Assembly (NCBI GenBank): GCA_021513715.1
Contig: CP084167.1
Span: 704,001 to 768,000 of the forward strand
DNA length: 64,000 nucleotides
Source: Candidatus Heimdallarchaeum endolithica
GTDB lineage: Archaea > Asgardarchaeota > Heimdallarchaeia > Heimdallarchaeales > Heimdallarchaeaceae
Direction of reading: 5' to 3'
Shown: one piece after another, positions 60,962 through 64,000 of the stretch
How positions within the stretch are numbered: the first letter of the stretch is position 1
Layout of the letters: every line of letters begins with the position of its first letter
Notes under the pieces: generated by a model
Told to the model about the DNA's origin: nothing
Seen by the model: the letters and a program-made list of their open reading frames with translations, nothing else
Databases searched by the model: none
Position numbers and translations under genes: made by a program

Positions 60962-61690
60962 TTGCGGATTTCTAAGAATTTATTAAAATTAAAAGAATAT
61001 TCTATTCCTTACTTTATTGAGCTTAGAGATGTAAAATACGCAAGAATAGAAATTTTACCTACTAAAAAAATAAGATTGATTTTTCCAAAAAATTATGAAA
61101 ATATTGACCACAAGAAGATTTTAAATGAACATAAAGAGTGGTTAAAAAAAAGAATTCAAAAAATTGATGACTCACTAAAAAAAATAGGTTTTAGTTGGAA
61201 TAAGATAGGAGAACATGAAATCGTTTTTGGCAAAAGATATCAGCTAAAAATATCCCATAGCTATTATGATTCTGTATTCTTTGAAGGTTCAATCATTTCA
61301 GTATCAGTCAGAGATACTAACAACGCTATAAACTACTTAAGATCAATAATTTATGCAGAATTTTCAAAAAAAGTTGAAACATTCACTAATTTCTTCGCCA
61401 AAGAAATGAACGTAGAAGTAAAAAAAATCTCAATAAAAAAGCAAAAAAGAATTTGGGGTAGCTGTTCTACTAAAGGAAATATTAACATCAACTTTCGAGC
61501 AGCTATTCTAAATGATGAATTATTGATGTTTCTAATTGCACACGAAGTGGCTCATCTTCAATATCCAAATCACGGTTCAGAATTTAAACAACTTCTTTCT
61601 TCTTTTTTTGAAGATATAAAGGAAAAAAATGAGTTATTGGAAGCTTTTTGGTTCATCTCTCATAGTTCCAAAATATTCTCTTTTCAATAA
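60962..61690 (+). CDS. YgjP/DUF45 family metallopeptidase-like protein
   Basis: WGSCS, AHEVAHL..PNH. Confidence 0.88.
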   Translation: MRISKNLLKLKEYSIPYFIELRDVKYARIEILPTKKIRLIFPKNYENIDHKKILNEHKEWLKKRIQKIDDSLKKIGFSWNKIGEHEIVFGKRYQLKISHSYYDSVFFEGSIISVSVRDTNNAINYLRSIIYAEFSKKVETFTNFFAKEMNVEVKKISIKKQKRIWGSCSTKGNININFRAAILNDELLMFLIAHEVAHLQYPNHGSEFKQLLSSFFEDIKEKNELLEAFWFISHSSKIFSFQ

Positions 61691-61777
61691 GTAACTTCTA
61701 CTCTTCATCATTTTAAACGTTAAACCGACAAGTTTAAATAGTTTATAGGGGGCATATATTTACCCGATATAAAGTGA

Positions 61778-63049
61778 GTGAAAATGAGTCCAATTGAGAT
61801 AAAGATTGATGAAGAGAAAAAGAAATTAGTGAAAGAGCTAATAAAAAAATTGCACCAAGGAGAAAATCTACAAGAAGTGAGAAACCAGTTTAAAGAAGTA
61901 TTAAGAGATATGAATGCTTTAGAGATCACACAAGTAGAACAGGAATTAATTAAAGAGGGGATGGACCCAAGAGAGATCTTTTCTATGTGTGACATACATT
62001 TAGAAGTGTTCAAAGAAAACTTAAGTACAAATTTGGATTTAGCTCCACCAGGACATCCAATTCATACGTTAATGCATGAGCATGTAAAACTAGTCGAATT
62101 TGGAGAAAAGTTATTCCAAACTACCAGAGATTTAAGAAAAGTGAAAGATTTCCCTTTTGCAGGAAACATTTTAGGAGCTATTCAAGATATTGTTAACCAT
62201 TTTAAAGAAGCGGAAAAGCATTACTTGAGAGAAGAGAATATTCTTTTTCCATATTTAGAAAAACATGGAGTTACTCAACCACCCAAAATTATGTGGATGG
62301 ATCATGATCGTATTAGAGAGTTAAAAAAGGAAATTTTTGAATTAGTAGAAGGGAGAAAAGTATCAAACTATTCTGAGTTTGTTGAAAGACTAGAAAAAGC
62401 TAGTTTAGCTTTAGCTGAATACCAAAGTGGTCACTTTGAGAAAGAAAATAAAATTCTATTTCCTACTGCTATGCAAGTTATTTCTGAAGATGAATGGAAG
62501 GATATAACCAAAGAATTCAACGATATTGGTTATTGTTGTTTCTCCCCTGCTGAAGCTGTTGAAACTGCTGAGACAGTTGAAACTGCTGAAACTGTAGAAA
62601 CAGTAAAAAGTGAATCTCAAGAAGCTACACTTGATTCTGGAATTGTAGAATTTGAAACAGGAAGAATAGATGTTAAAACTTTGGAAGCAGTTTTAGATAC
62701 ACTTCCTTTTGATATCACTTTTGTTGATAAAAATGACAGAGTTTCTTATTATAGTAACTCAAGTGAAAGATTGTTTGTCAGAACTAAAGCGATTATTGGA
62801 AGAACTGTACAAAATTGTCATCCAAATAAGAGCATTCATGTAGTAAATAAAATCATTAATGATTTTAGAGAAGGTAAGAAAGACAAAGCAGAATTTTGGT
62901 TCAGATTAGGAGATAAATACATTTATATTCGTTACTATGCCGTTAGAAGCAGAGAAGGAGAGTATTTAGGAACTTTAGAAGTCAGTCAAGATATAGCTCA
63001 AATAAAACAAATCGAAGGTGATAAGAAACTTTTAGATTGGGAAGAGTAA
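61778..63049 (+). CDS. DUF438 - hemerythrin - PAS domain protein
   Basis: MCDIH, GHPIHTL..EH, HY.REENILFP, MW..HD, KENKILFP, C-terminal PAS with NCHP. Confidence 0.9.
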   Translation: MKMSPIEIKIDEEKKKLVKELIKKLHQGENLQEVRNQFKEVLRDMNALEITQVEQELIKEGMDPREIFSMCDIHLEVFKENLSTNLDLAPPGHPIHTLMHEHVKLVEFGEKLFQTTRDLRKVKDFPFAGNILGAIQDIVNHFKEAEKHYLREENILFPYLEKHGVTQPPKIMWMDHDRIRELKKEIFELVEGRKVSNYSEFVERLEKASLALAEYQSGHFEKENKILFPTAMQVISEDEWKDITKEFNDIGYCCFSPAEAVETAETVETAETVETVKSESQEATLDSGIVEFETGRIDVKTLEAVLDTLPFDITFVDKNDRVSYYSNSSERLFVRTKAIIGRTVQNCHPNKSIHVVNKIINDFREGKKDKAEFWFRLGDKYIYIRYYAVRSREGEYLGTLEVSQDIAQIKQIEGDKKLLDWEE

Positions 63050-63065
63050 AAAGGAGGAAAGAATC

Positions 63066-63296
63066 ATGGTTAAATATAAAATAACTATTAATCGAGAAGA
63101 ATGTATAGCTTGTGGATTATGCTATTCAGAAGACCCAAAACATTTTGAATCTGATGACTCAGATATTTCAAAGGTTGTTGGAGGAGAAACAACAGAAGAC
63201 TTGTCTGAAGGAGAATTTGATGACGAAGAAATAGAAAATGTCAGAGAAATAGCTTCTGAATGTCCTGCAGAGATTATTCATGTAACTGAAGAGTAA
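63066..63296 (+). CDS. Single-cluster ferredoxin
   Basis: CIACGLC...ECPAEII. Confidence 0.9.
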   Translation: MVKYKITINREECIACGLCYSEDPKHFESDDSDISKVVGGETTEDLSEGEFDDEEIENVREIASECPAEIIHVTEE

Positions 63297-63325
63297 ATCT
63301 CTTCAGCTTCTTTAGGTGAATAAAG

Positions 63326-64000
63326 TTGAGATTCCCTTGTGAATATGTTACATCTGAGTTTTTACCTGGATTGAGAATTAGAGTAAGCCATTTGTTACGT
63401 GAAGCAGGATACTCTCAAAATGAAATTGCAGAAAAACTAAGTGTTAAACAACCAGTTGTTGTAAGCTACCTTAAAGCATATGAAAAGAGAATTACTGAAG
63501 GAAAAGAGGACAATTTTCATTTAGACAATTTGGCTAACGAAATAGCTGAAGCAATTTTAGAAGGTAAACCCACATCTTTTTTGATTCGTACCGTTTGTAC
63601 ACGATGTAAATCTCTAAGAGTTGACAGCTTCATTTGTACACAACATAAAAAACTCATTCCTGAGTTAAGCAATATAAAAAACTGTAATTTGTGTATGGGC
63701 TTTCCAGATAAAATGCCTACGATTGAAGAACGTAAACACATTAAAGATGAAATGATAGAGATGTTCAATCTTCTTTCCACATACAAGGATTTTATTAATT
63801 GGATACCAGAAATAGGCTGCCAAATAGCCCATTGTGACGATAGAGCTTTAGAACTAGATGATGTTGCAAGCTTTCCAGGAAGATTAGTAAAAGTAAAGAA
63901 CGAGATAAGAAGATTAAGCGACCCTGAATTTGGTGAATCAAAAACTATGGCTCATCTTCTTATCTGGATAAGAAAATTTCAATCTAATATTAAATGGATT
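63326..64000 (+). CDS. thiR: ThiR-like regulator (XRE HTH + ThiN-like domain), 3'-truncated by window edge
   Basis: Not in the ORF track; TTG start after AGGTGA; MRFPCEY..FLPGLR..YSQNEIAEKL..Q..V..YL, CxxC..CxxH, IPEIG..DVASFPGRL..PEFG.SK. Confidence 0.8.
   Translation, partial: MRFPCEYVTSEFLPGLRIRVSHLLREAGYSQNEIAEKLSVKQPVVVSYLKAYEKRITEGKEDNFHLDNLANEIAEAILEGKPTSFLIRTVCTRCKSLRVDSFICTQHKKLIPELSNIKNCNLCMGFPDKMPTIEERKHIKDEMIEMFNLLSTYKDFINWIPEIGCQIAHCDDRALELDDVASFPGRLVKVKNEIRRLSDPEFGESKTMAHLLIWIRKFQSNIKWI

Noticed and set aside
62548-62606. Short AETVET tandem repeat (18-bp unit)
   Set aside because: Low-complexity linker between the hemerythrin and PAS domains; no sign of a separate function

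Overview
AT-rich archaeal chromosome segment. The gene content (TPR-longin proteins, Arf-like GTPase, RING-finger membrane protein, pantoate kinase, ThiR) points to an Asgard archaeon, most likely Heimdallarchaeia (inference). Housekeeping and transport genes: P-type ATPase, three MFS, EamA, thiamine ABC transporter plus kinase, ABC-2 exporter, PoK/PanE, an orphan N6-adenine methyltransferase, hemerythrin-PAS, ferredoxin and ThiR. Four mobile elements: two 1004-bp IS5-like copies, a tnpA-less TnpB element and a 544-bp MITE. Main observations: (1) a gene at 3608-7965, broken by a nonsense codon and the TnpB insertion, encodes 8-9 tandem WH2-like (helix+LKKV/LKPV) repeats fused to a sigma70-r4/Tfx-like HTH and TPRs, a candidate actin-sensing regulator or tandem-WH2 actin effector; (2) the TnpB has the Fanzor-type rearranged RuvC site and a structured omegaRNA-like 3' end; (3) an FG-GAP/Ca-repeat/TM/RING receptor-like E3 ligase candidate; (4) all three element families share a purine-rich first half and pyrimidine-rich second half; (5) several eukaryotic-signature genes are decaying (Arf-like GTPase, its partner, a TM-longin protein). 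No rRNA, tRNA or CRISPR array was seen. All calls come from motif recognition by eye; no searches were run.
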